From contig NC_068985.1 of the NCBI RefSeq assembly GCF_001194135.2, positions 42,794,182-42,858,181 of the forward strand: a DNA stretch of 64,000 nt, read 5' to 3'. The DNA is from Octopus bimaculoides. Its lineage: Eukaryota. Under the pieces are notes generated by a model that made no database searches, was not told the origin of the DNA, and saw only the letters and a list, made by a program, of their open reading frames with translations. A program made the position numbers and the translations under genes. Each line of letters begins with the position of its first letter. Position 1 is the first letter of the stretch. Below, piece by piece: positions 11,412 to 26,100 of the stretch.

Positions 11412-14400
11412 CTGACAAAAGAAGATTGTACAATAGAATTACCAAAAAATAAAATAAGTTTTTAAAAAGATGGGATTTTGAAGGATTGTAACATTCATAA
11501 CGGAAGTGAATGGTATAAATTTTGGTAAGAAATTCAATTAAAATAGACTATTTAAAAACTTTTAGAAACAAAGTAAAATGTTAATAAATAGGTCCTTTTA
11601 TCAGTTTGGTTTGTTAGGAAAATTCATTTGTATTTTTCCATTTATTTTAATCCTTTTTGTTTTTTTCTTGAATGAACATGAAAAATATTTTTATCGTATT
11701 TTGTGGTGCTCTATTCTTCCTCTACAACTTTTGACTAGGGCTAAACAACTATGATGCCAACCATTATCTATTCTGTCATTCATTCTACTATGTTGTTGAA
11801 CAATATGGACTGCTCTAACTTCGAGGTTCAACCATTATCATTAGGAAGGGGTTCCAGCAGTGAATAACTTTATCTAGATGTCTATAGATGTGTCTCACAT
11901 GTAAAAACTACCGAAGCCATGATGATATTTGTATTTTTTATTTTCATTGTATAGTCTGAAGAGAAAGGACAGCAGCCTTGCCCAGTTTTTAGGGTCTCCG
12001 AAACTGGTGGGAGCTTTAAATTGTCCCCAAACTGGGAATTTGGCCTGAACACAATGGAGCAAACCCTGCTAAAGGTAGCCTAGGACCAGGTGGTCGTGAC
12101 TTATAAAAACAGTAGAAATCATCACAAAAGAATAAACTCACCTGTAATAGCCAGCAACATTTTCTTGCGTGCTCCAAAAGTGGAGATACCCAGCATGCGT
12201 AAGTCATTGTCATTCATTGTTCTAAAAGTAGGAAGATCAATCTGAAAAATTAAAAGTTCTGGGTTAGAATTGGATTTTTCTCAGTCTGTGAGTATTTTAT
12301 CATTTTGTTATAAACTCACTTTAAGTTAACAACTAAAGACCAATAGCTAGATACTTTCCAATTATCAACAACCAATTTTTTTTATTTATGAAAAGATTAG
12401 TAAATTACACTCATGAGACAGGTGTTATAGTTGATCAGTAGACTTTCAAAATAACTATCATGATCTCATGGAGAAAAGTATCAGTAAAATTCTTCTGGTA
12501 AAGGACTCAGAACTGGGGGGCAAAAATGTAGAAAAAAAATTTAATGTTTTGAACAAAAAGTTCTTTCACCCTATTCCTTCTCCATGAGGTAGGCAGACTT
12601 TTGGAATAGCTATTACTATCATCTATTACACCCAGCTCACAAGTATAATAATTTACTAATCCTTCAGTAAATAAAAAATTGTCTGTTGATAATAGGAAAG
12701 TACCACCCTTTGATTATAGAGACAGAATGTAAGAGTCCATGATTGAGAATCCCAAGGAAATATTTTTAATACTGTTTTAAGGGTAGATGAAGATGTAAAA
12801 CCTAATGTCCTCTGTCCCTATGAGGAACAGTGATCCTAGATATTATTAGTTTTGTAAGACATTGTATCAGATACAAGTTGATTCAAGCTTAGCCTGTGTC
12901 ATGAACCAGGGATTAGCTCTGTTTCAAGGTCTATAAGTGAATGAGATTGCAACAATCCCACTGGAACAGGACACTAGTCAGTTGCAGAGTTAACTTCCCA
13001 GCTATTGCTGGAACTCATTTACTGTTGAGTGGCCTGGAGCAACATGAAATGAAGTGTTTTGCTCAATAACACTGCACAGCCTGATCTGGAAATTGAAACC
13101 ACAACCGTATGATTGAGAGTGCAACACCTAAACCACCAGGTCACATGCCTTCAATGATATCAACAGAAGAATGTAAAGTCAGTTGAATGCAACATTAGAA
13201 TGGTGTCTCTCTACTGGCATTGCACTGTCCTTAATAAATATAATTCTTCATGAATCTGTCTATTTAACAGAAACAGCACTTGTGTGGAAGAACAGCTCAC
13301 ATCATTAAGTTGATTCGATACTGTATAATTTTTAGTGTTGATCATGAATACTCCTTATAGTATTCCAACAGAGTAAGAAGAAACGATTTCAAAGTACCTT
13401 CCATTGATTCTCATCATAATAGTGGTTTCCATTGGCATCACAAAGCTAATAATAATAAATCAGACAACACGGAGAGATTTAGAGATTCAAGTCAGAAATA
13501 TTATCTCTTAAGACTGACATTTTGATTCATTTCATATTCATCAGAGGAGTTTTTTAAAGCATAAACTAGAAATAGTAATGTATCAGTGTGGTTGAGTAGA
13601 CCTATATTAACATAGATAAGCCAGTAATGTATGTTGAGGCTTTACCCAGCAATGGCTTAGTAAAAAATTAATTGGCATGGAATATCCTTGTTATTGGCAG
13701 AGTAAACATTATAAAGGAACCTCTAAATGTTTGCTCTATGATCTTAAAAATAGGAAGGGTAATATTATGATAATGTATTCCTCGAGAGCCCTAAAAAGAT
13801 TGTGTGGTCATACCTGGATTGTCTTTAATCATAGGTCTACTTGATCAAATATGACCGAAGACTAAACAACGACTCCAGTTGTGGTATACGTCTGAGGAAG
13901 ACGTGTTACTTGCTTAGTGCCAGGTCATCTGTCACAGCAGATGTATGAGCAAAGACATTTGTTACACATTATAGATTGTATTATTCCTGAATGGTCGTTT
14001 GATGTAATTTCTTGCAGATTAAACTACAAATTGCTGTTACTCATCATCATCATCATCGTTTAACGTCCGCTTTCCATGCTAGCATCGGTTGGACGATTTG
14101 ACTGAGGACTGGTGGACCAGGTGGCTACAATCTGATTTGGCAGAGTTTCTAAAGCTGGATGCCCTTCCTAACACCAACCACTCCGAGTGTGTAGTGGGTG
14201 CTGGAAATTTCAATACAGATCAGAGATTTGAGTTAAGCCTCTGTTTATTTCCATTGCCATTTCATATCTTAATAAAAAGACACAGACTAACAAGCTAATT
14301 GGAAATCATCTACACGAAAATAGTTTTAGCATTATTACCTCCACCTTAGCGGCGGTATTGTTTTCAGTTGTGTTTGTTTGTTAGTCCATGAACAAGATAT

Positions 14401-17400
14401 CTCAAGAACTGCTGGATGGATTCTGATGAAACTTTCAGGGATGTTTGGCCTCATGACTGGCATGAACTAATTAGATTTTGGGATCGATCCAGTACTGGAC
14501 AAGGATTCTGGATTATTTTTACTTAATTTTTGAGAGCGGTTGGGTTCATTTTTAGTATTCTCATTTGTAAGAGCAGTTGAGTTTATTTCAGATATTCTCA
14601 TTTTAAAAATCATCTCTGGCTAATCGTTGAGAGGACTTTGGTGTTACCTTGGCAGAGGTTTGTGCTCTCTGAGTGTTCTTGTTAATATTTAGAATTAATA
14701 GTGGTGAACTGGCAGAATCATTAGTACACCGGACAAAATGCTTAGCTGCATTTTATCCATCTTTATGTTCTGAGTTCAAGTTCTGCTGAAGTTGACTTTG
14801 CCTTTTATCCTTTCAGGGTCAATAAAATAAGTACCAGTTGAATATTGGGGTCAGTGTAATTGACTTAATCCCTTAACCTGAAATTGATGTGTATCAAAAT
14901 TTGAAACCAATATTTAGAATTAAATGGTAATATATTATCAACATATTTCTTTTCACTAAAAAGTGTTCTCTTTTAAACTGAGGGAAGAATTTGTATCTAT
15001 GTCTGTACACAGGCAGAAGACCCAACATTGTAAATAATAGGGAGTTGTTGGGATGGATATTGAAATAATGGTTTTGATGTATTTATTTGTTCTCTCAAAC
15101 TGTGTAATGTTAGGAGAGAGAGAGAACCCCCACTTCCGTTGATATGTTCTTTGTTAATCTTCAAGTCCATTATTTATTACCAAACTGCATTAGAAACTTA
15201 GTTTTTCGTTACCTCTTGCTGCTGAAAAATATCTGTATATTTGCCAAGTCCTAATTTGCTGAATAACTCAGCCAGATCTGTTTCAGATGACCAAGCCAAT
15301 ACCTTTGTGGGGAGAGTTGCACTATCTGCATGGTTGCTATTACTTAGACCAAATTCAACTGAAAAATAAACATGGAAAAGAAATTAAGTGAATATATACA
15401 AAAACACGTGCAGACACACACACATGTATATACATTTATTTTTTATGCTAGCATGAATTAGATAAGTATATTATTTAAGGCATTGCTTTATAGCTGGATG
15501 CTCTTTCTGTCACTAAAGTTTACCTGCGTCTCAAGTAAGGGATCTCGAGTAAGTTATCAAAGGAGCAAAGTTGATGGACAGCTTGTTGACAATAGCATCA
15601 ACCCATAACTGAGGGATATTCAAAGATGGGCAAATGTAAACAAATGCACAGACAAACACACATGCTTGTACATTCTCTCTCTCTCTCTCACACACACATT
15701 TGTTTCTGTTTACCAAATCCACTAACAAGGCTTTGGTCAGCCCAAAGCTCTTAGTAGTATGCACTTGTCTAAGATTCTGTACAATAGGACTGAACCCTGA
15801 AAATGACTTTTCTTATCAAGAACTGCAAAGCTGAAAACATTTTCGAGCTCTCTGTTTTCATCTTTAATTTTAACAACATCCACAAGGAGTTTTAATGATG
15901 GATAAACTTTTCACTGCATCATTCATTATGTGTTACAGCAAAGAGTGTGACGTGAAGGACCAGGTTAGCAAAAATAAGTATTCTACTAGAACTACATAAA
16001 AGTGAATTTCACCTTATGCATTATAGACATAATGAATTACTAAAATTCTACTGTCTTAAACTATGTGAGTGTGTGTGCGCACACTGCACACATAGAAATC
16101 TTTATGTATGTATATTATGGTCAATAAAAACGAGGGAAGATTATAGGAGGAATACTTTGCTACTGTTAGCCTATGTCAACATGGGAAAATAAACATTAAA
16201 ATGATGAGAATAATGGGTTGTATTTATCAACCATTTTTGCTTGCATAATTAATACAACTACAATAATAGGATGAAGTAAAATTAAAACTTACATCTCTTT
16301 TTAGGACTGGAATATTCCCACAATGGTGTGGGCATTTGAGTATTTAAAGCTTTTGTAGAATCCTTCCAAGGATCGCGATTAACTTCTGGAAAATCTGTCA
16401 CATTTTGCTATGAAAAGAAAGAAAGCTTCTGTCTAGTCTAATCATACGAAGAGATGGAACAAATTTTGATAAGTTTAAACCACAAAATAAATTGTTTTTT
16501 AATTAATTGATTGAACATTTGAAAACATTTTTTTTTTCAAGTCTGGAAAAGAAAAATAAACAAAAAATATGAAATGTTGCAATTTCTTTTTATTGTACCA
16601 TTATTTGTAGATTATGTCAATATACCAGTTATCATGATTTCTAAAATGGGGTCTGGTTATTCTAATAGAATGTAAGGCATGCTGAAGGTGATAGTTATAT
16701 CTTGTCTGGCTACTCCTACATAGTAAAGTAGGTTTATCTACCTTATTTCACCCACCCTCAGCTACAATGAGCCCTCAACTTCTGATAGGAGCACAATCAT
16801 GACATACAATAAGTCTTGAACTTTTAAAAATCTGGCAAAGGTCCAGTCGTCTCTAGAGAGGACTGGACTTTGCCAGACGGTTTTTCCAGAAAGAGACAGA
16901 AACAAACAGTTGGGTGGGTGGGGGTGAGGGGTTGGTAAAAACAATCCCAGTACTGAGCTGGTGCTTTATTGACCTGAAAGGAAGGAAGGAAGGAAGGGAA
17001 GAAGGAAAAATTTATCACACCAAATTTGAATTGAGAGTAGATGGAACTGGAGTAACTATCACAAGGTATTGTATCTGGATGCTCTAGCGACTCTGCCAGT
17101 TTACCACATATAATGACAATATATGACTAAATTCAGAATTAATACAATTTCTATTTAATCTTTCTTCATTTCTTTCATTGATTTCAGCCACTAAAATAGA
17201 GGCCATACTGAGCTGGTTACAAGGTTTTTAGTTGATTATACTGACACTAATACTTTTTCTGGCACTTAGTGGATCTGATAAGGGACAAAAAATCTAGTTA
17301 ACATTAGTATAAAGGGACATGACTTTATACGGAACTAAACTGTATTTTTGTTCACTGCATTCCCTTCATCTCTGACTGTCTACCAAATTTCACTTATAAG

Positions 17401-20100
17401 GAAACCATTCATCTCAGACCATGGTAGACGACAGTTACCTCAGGTACTATGCAGAAGGATTATACTCAGAACAAAGGAGCTGCAAAATTAACATTGTAAC
17501 CATGTGGCTATATAAAAATAAGATATTAGAAATTTACTTGTTAATTAGATTAAATGTGAGACAAGCCTTCCTTATTATTTTTACTATTATCGTGTGTGTG
17601 TATATATCATCATCATCGTTTAACGTCCGCTTTCCATGCTAGCATGGGTTGGACGATTTGACTGAGGACTGGTGAAACCGGATGGCAACACCAGGCTCCA
17701 GTCTGATTTGGCAGAGTTTCTACAGCTGGATGCCCTTCCTAACGCCAACCACTCAGAGAGTATAGTGGGTGCTTTTACGTGTCACCCGCACGAAAACGGC
17801 CACGCTCGAAATGGTGTCTTTTATGTGCCACCCGCACAAGCCAGTCCAGGGGCACTGGCAACGATCTCGCTCGAAAACCCTACAGGAGCCAGTCAGGCGG
17901 TACTGGCAACGGCCACGCTATATATATATATATATATATAGGTTGGTGGATTAGCAGAGTCATTAGAGTGTCAAGCTGCCTTGTAGTAATTATGGCCTTT
18001 TATGAGTTGAACATTTATAGATCAATGTTCACAAAAAGACCTGGTCAGAGTGCATGTTCTGGAAGAGAAAGACAGGTCAAATGTTTCATTTGTTTGTATG
18101 TGTGTGAACACAGCATGGCTGCCAGGGAGAGGAAAGAGAAAGATAGGTGGATGGAAGGAGTATGTAGTTGAGAAGCTGTTGCTGTAGTGATATAAGAAAA
18201 AGAGAGGAAACTGCATAAGAGTAGTTTTATTAATAGAACTGAAGAGAAACAATTAGAAAGTAATTAAATAATTAATTATATAAAAAGCAATTAAAGTAGA
18301 CCTACTTGGTAGGGAGGAGTTATGAGATTATAGTCACTGTAGTTTGATGTGCTTTGTCCAAGACGATTCCGAATAACTGATTCTGGTAAAGACTTTGAGA
18401 ATCCCATGCCAGACCAAGTGTTGGTTGGAACCCTAGACTCGCCAACTGGTTTCTTTTGCATTGCTAATAAAAAATAGAAGAAGAAACAGGATCATGAAAG
18501 ACAGCAGGCTCTCATTTGAAGTTATATTTGGGTTTAACAGATTTTAACTAATAACTGTTTATCATAGTTTTAAAACAGGTACACCAAATCCTTGCATGAT
18601 GTTAGATGTGACTTGCCTAAAACAAAACAAAACAAAGAAACCCCATGCTAGCATGGAAAATCACATACAATCCCCCAAAAGACAATGATACTGATGAAAA
18701 AAAAAACTTAGGTTTAAAATTTTCTGACTCTTCAAGGTTACAGTCATCACAACATGTTTACTCTTTCATACTAAGAAATAAGAAATTCATTCTTGAAAAA
18801 CATGTAGCATTTATTCACCATCTTTCCTACAACAACCTTGAGTACCTTTTTGAATTCCATATATCTAACACCAGTGGATATGCTTGCAAAATCAAAAAAC
18901 AATACAGCACCTATGACTTTTGGAATCATTTTTTCATGCTGGATATTGCTGAAGCATGAAATAAAATACCTGCACTAGTTGTTAGCTGTTGGGGCACTAC
19001 ATCTTTCAAAACTTTTATGGTTCCTGAAACTCACCAACAGTACCCCTGATGCTACCCACCCCCACACTTTTGTGTGTGGTAACTTCAGTGAGAATGTGTA
19101 GAAAGGCGGGTACTATTCTGAATGAACAAATTTTAAGGGGAACAATTAACTATTTACTATTCTAGTAACAAAAAATCAAAAATAGAAAAGAGATAACCAC
19201 AAATTTTAAATTAAGTTAAATATGGAATATAGCGGGGATTAAGTTTAATCTTTAAGAAAATAGTGACAACTTTGGGAATGTTTCGGTGGAGCTACTAAAG
19301 TAAGATTACAAAATGATAGAACAACCAGAGATGTAGGATTTTTGCAAATGAATACAGAACGACATAAATAAATAGCGAAGTCAAGGAAAACAACTCTTTG
19401 CAGTTAAATTATTTCCCTTAGTATTTCTTTTTCACTATAATCCTGGCCATGTGTAAATTATTGAAGCACAATCATAACTATATAAACAAATTGTTTTTAA
19501 GTAAGGCCTGTAGGGTGAGAGTCTGGAGTTAAAATAGGTAAAATATTTTTAATACTTTTTCATTAACTTTTCCCAGTGAAATGAATTTAATGTCATATTT
19601 TAAAAATTTATAAAGACTTCTTTCAAAGAGCTCACTTTCACATATGACCTTCTTTGAAAGTGTTCCATACTCGTTACCAAGACCTTTTCTAAAACTAAAG
19701 CTTCATTTCTATATGTAATTTCTGATGTTATACAGTTTGTCTTGTCCAGTGGTGAGTTTATTAGGTATCAGAGCTATATATATATATATATATGTATGTA
19801 TATAAATTTAAATAATAAGGGTGAAAAATTGAATATTAATTTGATTAATATCAATTTAAAACCAGTGGCCTAGCATATTGAAAAAGTCTGAAGATTCAGA
19901 AAAATTATATTACATACATATAAGAGGGATGACCACTAAGTGAACATCCATTTTCCTAGAAGTAGACCACCTATGGTCTGACCACTGATGGAAACTGCAG
20001 TGTTGTTCATCAGAAAATCATTTCTTAGTGGTCAGACCATAGGTGGTCTACTTCTAGCAAAATGGATGTCAACTTAGTGGTCATCTCTCTTATATGTGTT

Positions 20101-20146
<46 letters not shown>

Positions 20147-23100
20147 TACACACGCACTTTATTAGAAAGCAGCAAAGATATCACAAAAACTGTTACTCAG
20201 AGTTTCACGTTCCTGTGATGTTTTTAAAACGGGAATGTGAAACTCTGAGTAACAGTTCTTGTGATATTTTTGCTGCTTTTTAATAAAGCATATTACTCTA
20301 CCTCTGGTATTTGAGTACTATTTTTTCTACCATGTTTTGCATTTATGTGCTTACTCTGGTGCGTGTGTGTGTGTGTGGTCTTTAAGGTAGTGAATTGACA
20401 GAGTTGTTAGCATGTTGAGCAAAATGCTTAGTGACAATTCGCCCATATTTACATTCTAAGTTCAAATTCTGTCAAGGTTGATTTTGCATTTTAACCTTTC
20501 AGAGTTGATGAAATATACCAGTTAAGCACTGGGGTCAATGTAATTAACTCATTCTATCTCATGAAATTTCAGGCTTTGTGCCTATAGTAGAAAGGATATA
20601 TTTGAGCTTTTGTCTGACAAGTACAAAACATGGATTCAAATTTTTCCAGAGATGAATATCTGATTTTATGGAGGGGTTTCATAGTTTTTCCAATGATTGT
20701 TTATCTGAAGTTCTTTTGTATGGTGTTTTCCAATGAGAAGTCTTTTAAGTGGGAGACTCCTACTAATTTTATCAATGTTATAATATTAATAACAGTTTTA
20801 TGGACAAGTTTATATATAGAATCTATATAGTCTCTGCCTCTTGTGTTCACACGTGTGTGAGTACGTGCATGTGTGTGTGAGTGCGAGCATGTGTGTGAGT
20901 GAATGCATGAGAGAGAGAGAGAAAGAAAGAGGGAGAGAATGAAAAAGATATATGTTAATGAAAATAAATGTTTGAATTGCAAAGTCATTTTTTTTTTTAG
21001 GCATGAACTGAAAAATGAAGTATTGCAAATTTCTTTACCTTTCGTAGCTAATAACTTCCTGTGTTCATAATCAACATCAGTTGTTTGTTGAAGACTAGAG
21101 TTATTTGGAAAGAAACCATTACCACTTGTGGCACATTTCTTCCTTTCACTTCCTGGGGCCCATTTATCAGATCCTTCAGAGTCATTGCCAGATTCAGATG
21201 ATCGTTCACTACTGAAATTAAAATCAGTTTAAGTAAACAAGTCAGAATTTACTTTGAAAAAACACAACATTAGTTTTTCTGAGGGAAGATTTGAAGGAAG
21301 ACTTAATGCCATCATCATTACTTAACATCCACTTTTCTATGCTTTCATGGGTGATACAGAATTTATTGAGGTTGATTTTTCTATGACTGGATGCCTTTCC
21401 TGTCACCAAACCTCACATGTTTCCAAAGCAAAGTAATAATTTCTCATGGCCAGACATACTTTCCATGGAAGACTAGAAACAAACAACCTTATTTGTATGA
21501 CAATGCTACATCCATCAAGGCAGGGAACTTGAGTATGAAAAGTTCACCATCTGTGGCTCCAAGAAGTTTCAATCATCAGTGATCAGTAGAGATCATGACT
21601 ACTCAATATTTCAACAAGGGATACGGTCATGAGGAGGAAATGGAGCACAGAGCACCACAAGCTGTATAACAAAGATCGGTTCATTGAAAGTAGACATATA
21701 AGAAATATTCAATAGACATAGTAGCTGAGTCTGTTGGTAGGTTTACTACTTACTGAAGAGAGGATGCTAGTTCTCCATTTGAAATTGTTGTCTGCAACTT
21801 GGCCATGGGTGACGATGGTTTACCAAGGTCAAGTAAGCCCAAAGTTAGGTCATTGTTAAACATGTTGTTGAATTTACTGGAATACTGGAAATCAGCTGGA
21901 ATAGAAAATTTGTATTATATTATATTACATACACACATACATTATTTTAGGTAGTTGTTGGTTATGGCCAATCAGCAATATAGGCAACTTATCAGATGCT
22001 GGAGAAGTGTTGGAAAAGGCAGTCAAGCTAGTATTTATGACTGGTTATGCTGACCACTTATTGGTAGGATTACAGCAGTTGCCAGATATTGAGGCCATAG
22101 CAGTGGTTAGAGTGGGACAGAGTGCAATGAGATAGAAAATGTGAGCAATGAGGGCCAGTTAGAGGGAAGGGGACAAGTACAAACATTTAAACCAGCTATA
22201 TGAGGTCCAAATATTTTACCTGTTTAATGAACAAACCAGCCAGATCTGGCCTCTCGCACCTGCCCTATAATATCATTCTAGAACAAACCATCACACCATC
22301 GAAATCTTAAAGCTATGAGATAATGCATGATTAATTCAAAATAATGTGAATAAAGCTTTACATTTGACAATAATCTGACTGCTAAAGGTTTAAGATGTCA
22401 CAGTCCTTACTATGATCGGATATTGTAAGGAGTTCAAGCCTAAGTTGATGTGCAACTAATGTAACCAGGCAAGTCATATAGCAAGCCATTGTAGCCTGAG
22501 AAAGGAAATGTGGTAGAGGGAAGGGGGATTAGTGTGCTGGTAGCTACTTCGTCAACTGCTTATGGTGAAAGTCCCAGTAGTGGAGAGCACAACAAGAGCC
22601 TTGATTGGTACAAGTTGCATGATCACTCTAGTGACTTAATTGCTGGTGGAATGAGCAGCATAAGGGTGGTTGTTGAGAGAAAGGTTCAGTGTAAGGATAC
22701 CAGTACCATAAAATTGATGGTACAGGAGTGCAGTTGACAGTCAAGGTGATTGGCCAACTGGGAGTATGAAACTATTTCCATTGTTCACTCTTTTCCATTA
22801 CATATATGTATGAACCAATCAAGAAAAAACCTTACATGGTAACTAGACCTGCATGAAACACCCACTAAATTTCCCTTAAAGCACACCTTACTGTCTTATG
22901 AAAGAAAACATTGGACAATGTAGCATTGGCTATATCAACACACAGAATGGTCACAGAATTTCTTTATAACATAGGTCTATTAAACCAGGATTGAACTGTG
23001 ACTAAACAGCAATCTAAGGAGATGAGAGAAGTTGTCATGACCTCAACAAGACTTAAAGGGTGCTCTCAGACCTAATTTGTCTCCGTTCGTTCACTAATTA

Positions 23101-26100
23101 CTTTACAGAGTGTACCAGGAAGGCATTTTATCATCACACTAGCATGAGTTAAAGTCATTTTGTGCCTAAAGCTAAAGAGTTTTCTCTATTTTGTGGTGTC
23201 TCTTTTCGTTCAAGGTAACATGATCAAGAGTATGAATAGTGAACCATATATGAAGGAGGATGTTTTAACCTACAGAATAGTAGATAGAAGAATAGAATGA
23301 CAAGCTAAAAGATATTTCTTCAAAGGAATAGAAATAAAGCTTACTTGGAATATCACAATGATTTTGAAGTGGAGTTGGTGATATATTTTCATTAGGGTTT
23401 TGATTACCTTCAAAGAGAAGAAACAAAATATTATTTAGTGAAATCCTTTCAAAAAAATCCCAAATATTGCAAAACTGCAAGTATTGACATATGTAAAAAT
23501 TTAAATTAAAAAAAATAAAGATGCTTGATAAAGAGCAGGCATGGCTGTGTGTAAGAAGTTTACTTCCAAATCACATAATTCGAAATTCAGTCCCATGTGT
23601 CACATTAGGCAAATGTCTTCTACTATAACCTTAGGCCAACCAAAGCCTTGTAAATGGATTTGATAGGTGGAAACTGAAAGAAGCCTGTCGTGTGTGTGTG
23701 TGTCTTTGTGTCCCCCACCACCACCACCACTTAACTGGTTTTGGTTTGTCTACATCCCCATAACTTAAGAGACCAATAGAATAAGTATCAGGCTTTAAAA
23801 ATAAATACTAGAGTTGATTCATTTGACTAAAACCCTTCAAAATGGTACCCTAACATGACCACAGTCCAAAGATTGAAACAGGTTAAAGAAATAAAGGTTA
23901 TAAAAAAAAACAAAAAGAACCTGCTAGAAACTAGCCAACTTTCTTTTAAATAACATTCTACTGTGTTAAAAATAAAGGGAACACTGAATAATATAGTCCA
24001 TTGCTTGAAAAAAAAAACAAACAAAGACGGGACAGTCATGGTTGGAATGCTCTTTGTAGGTCACTGGTTCAAATGGAACATCTTCAATAACAACCACCAC
24101 CACCACAGGACAGACCATAATAGATTACTGTTTACCTTGATCTGTATTAGTAGATATGGTTGGAATAGTTTGAGATGCTGAGCCATTGGTTTGGTTAGAA
24201 TATCCTTTATGGAGACCATTGCACTGTGAGGAGAATATATCTAATGGTGAAGGTATGGAGGCTTGACTACCTGTATTGATTACCATCATACGATGACCGT
24301 ACACACCTGGTGGAGACAAAACTGGAAATATTAAAGCAATGTAAATGGAGAAATTATAATGTTGTCAGTAATTACAGCGGGTAAGGAATATAACAAGATA
24401 CACTTAGCAATGTAGAATCAGGTGGAAAAATGTATGTTTATTAAATGTTTGGACTTTTGCAAGCAATATTGAAAGATTAAATATCAAACTGAAACATCAA
24501 AATTCTTAAGTACTGAAATTCTTAACATGTAGGCACAAGAGTGGCTGTATGGTAAGTAGCTTGCTTACCAACCACATGGTCACGGGTTCAGTCCCACTGC
24601 GTGGCACCTTGGGCAAGTGTCTTCTACTATAGCCTTGGTCCAACCAAAGCCTTGTGAGTGGATTTGGTAGATGGAAACTGGAAGAAGTCCGTCGTATATG
24701 TATGTGTGTGTGTATATGTTTGTGTGTCTGTGTTTGTCCTCCCAACACTGCTTGAGAACTGATGCTGGTGTGTTTACATCCCCATAACTTAGCGGTTCGG
24801 CAAAAGAGACCGAGAGAATAAGTACTAGGCTTACAAAGAATAAGCTCTGGTTTGATTTGCTCGACTAAAGGCGGTGCTCCAGCATGGTCACAGTCAAATG
24901 ACTGAAAACCGTAAAAGAATATGGGAAAGAAGAGATTATTAGATGTGTGAAGGGTAGATATTTGGTAGCCCAGAAGTTCTTAATGTTACTTAATGGTTGT
25001 AAGTGTATAAAGAATATTACTTTTTCAATATACATATATTAATGCTCAGATTGAAAATCTTGCAAAAAACTTTTAGCAGCTGACAGATGTCTTAGGTTAT
25101 GAGGTTTGTGATGTATATAGTGAGCAATATGTAATACAAAATGGTAAATTGCATAGATTTTCAGTTGGCCAGCTTGAGAGTGAATGAAACCTGTCAGGAC
25201 TGGCAGTCTGATTTTGACAGGGGTGATTCCTTAAATAAAGTCCTAAAAGAGTGAATTATGATATTCAGCTATTCTCCATATTGTAGGTCTAAATTAGTAG
25301 ATGATTATTCTACTTAAATATTGAATCCTAAACCAGTAAGTCTACTGAAGTATCACTTAATTTTTTTCTCCTTTTTGGTTGCATTCTCATAAAATTCTCA
25401 GAGTATCTTGTTTTATTTTAAAATGTTACAGAGCTTCATAATATCTTTGAATTTATTTTCTACATTGTTACATTTATTGTCAGGGTTTTTAATCACATAT
25501 TAATGTGATTAAAGAGTAAAGAACAAACAATGGCAGAGGAAACTGACTGGAATTAATCTTAATGAACAAATTTTATATAGAAACTGGATGGTGAAGTTAA
25601 AGACAGTATTCTAAAGGAAGTAGCTGTCTGTCATATTTAATCCTTTTGATATCAACTTGCCTGAGACTGCTCTGGTTCTATGATACAAATTTCTTGTTTA
25701 AAAGTGATCTAAATTAAAATCTTTCATCAAAATTGCTTGCTAATTTACATTCCAAGCACCATTTTAATAATGGCAAAGGTATTGTACAAACTTCATTATT
25801 TTCAAAATTATCTGAAAGTAACGTATTTCAACAGAAATATGTTAATAACAAAAATGTTAATAATAGCATTGTATGAAGAAAAGTGTGAAAGATATTGCAT
25901 GTGACTTCATAAAAGCTGTGAACAGTAAAATGTCATCTCTGTATTTCATGAAGAATTTTCAGGAGTAATATAGTATTACTAAGTACCTTGCATTCCAACA
26001 TGTTCTCATACCAAGCTGCTGGAATCCACAATAGGCTTGATCCTATTTCTAAGCCTTAGAATGTGTGTGTGTGTAAGAAAGAATAACAAAAACAAAGTGT

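Noticed and set aside
13520-13550. minus-strand CTGATGA-atat-GAAA-tga-ATC hammerhead-like match
   Set aside because: No stem II G-C pair and no stem I pairing.
17660-17690. CTGAGGA-ctggt-GAAAC in SINE family A as a hammerhead
   Set aside because: No G-C stem II and no NUH triplet after stem III (GAT).
17672-18171. overlapping ORFs; also 14089-14298, 48209-48454, 60781-61269 and 62606-63144
   Set aside because: They lie within SINE copies.
24529-24620. tRNA-like sequences
   Set aside because: These are SINE heads; no complete cloverleaf could be supported.
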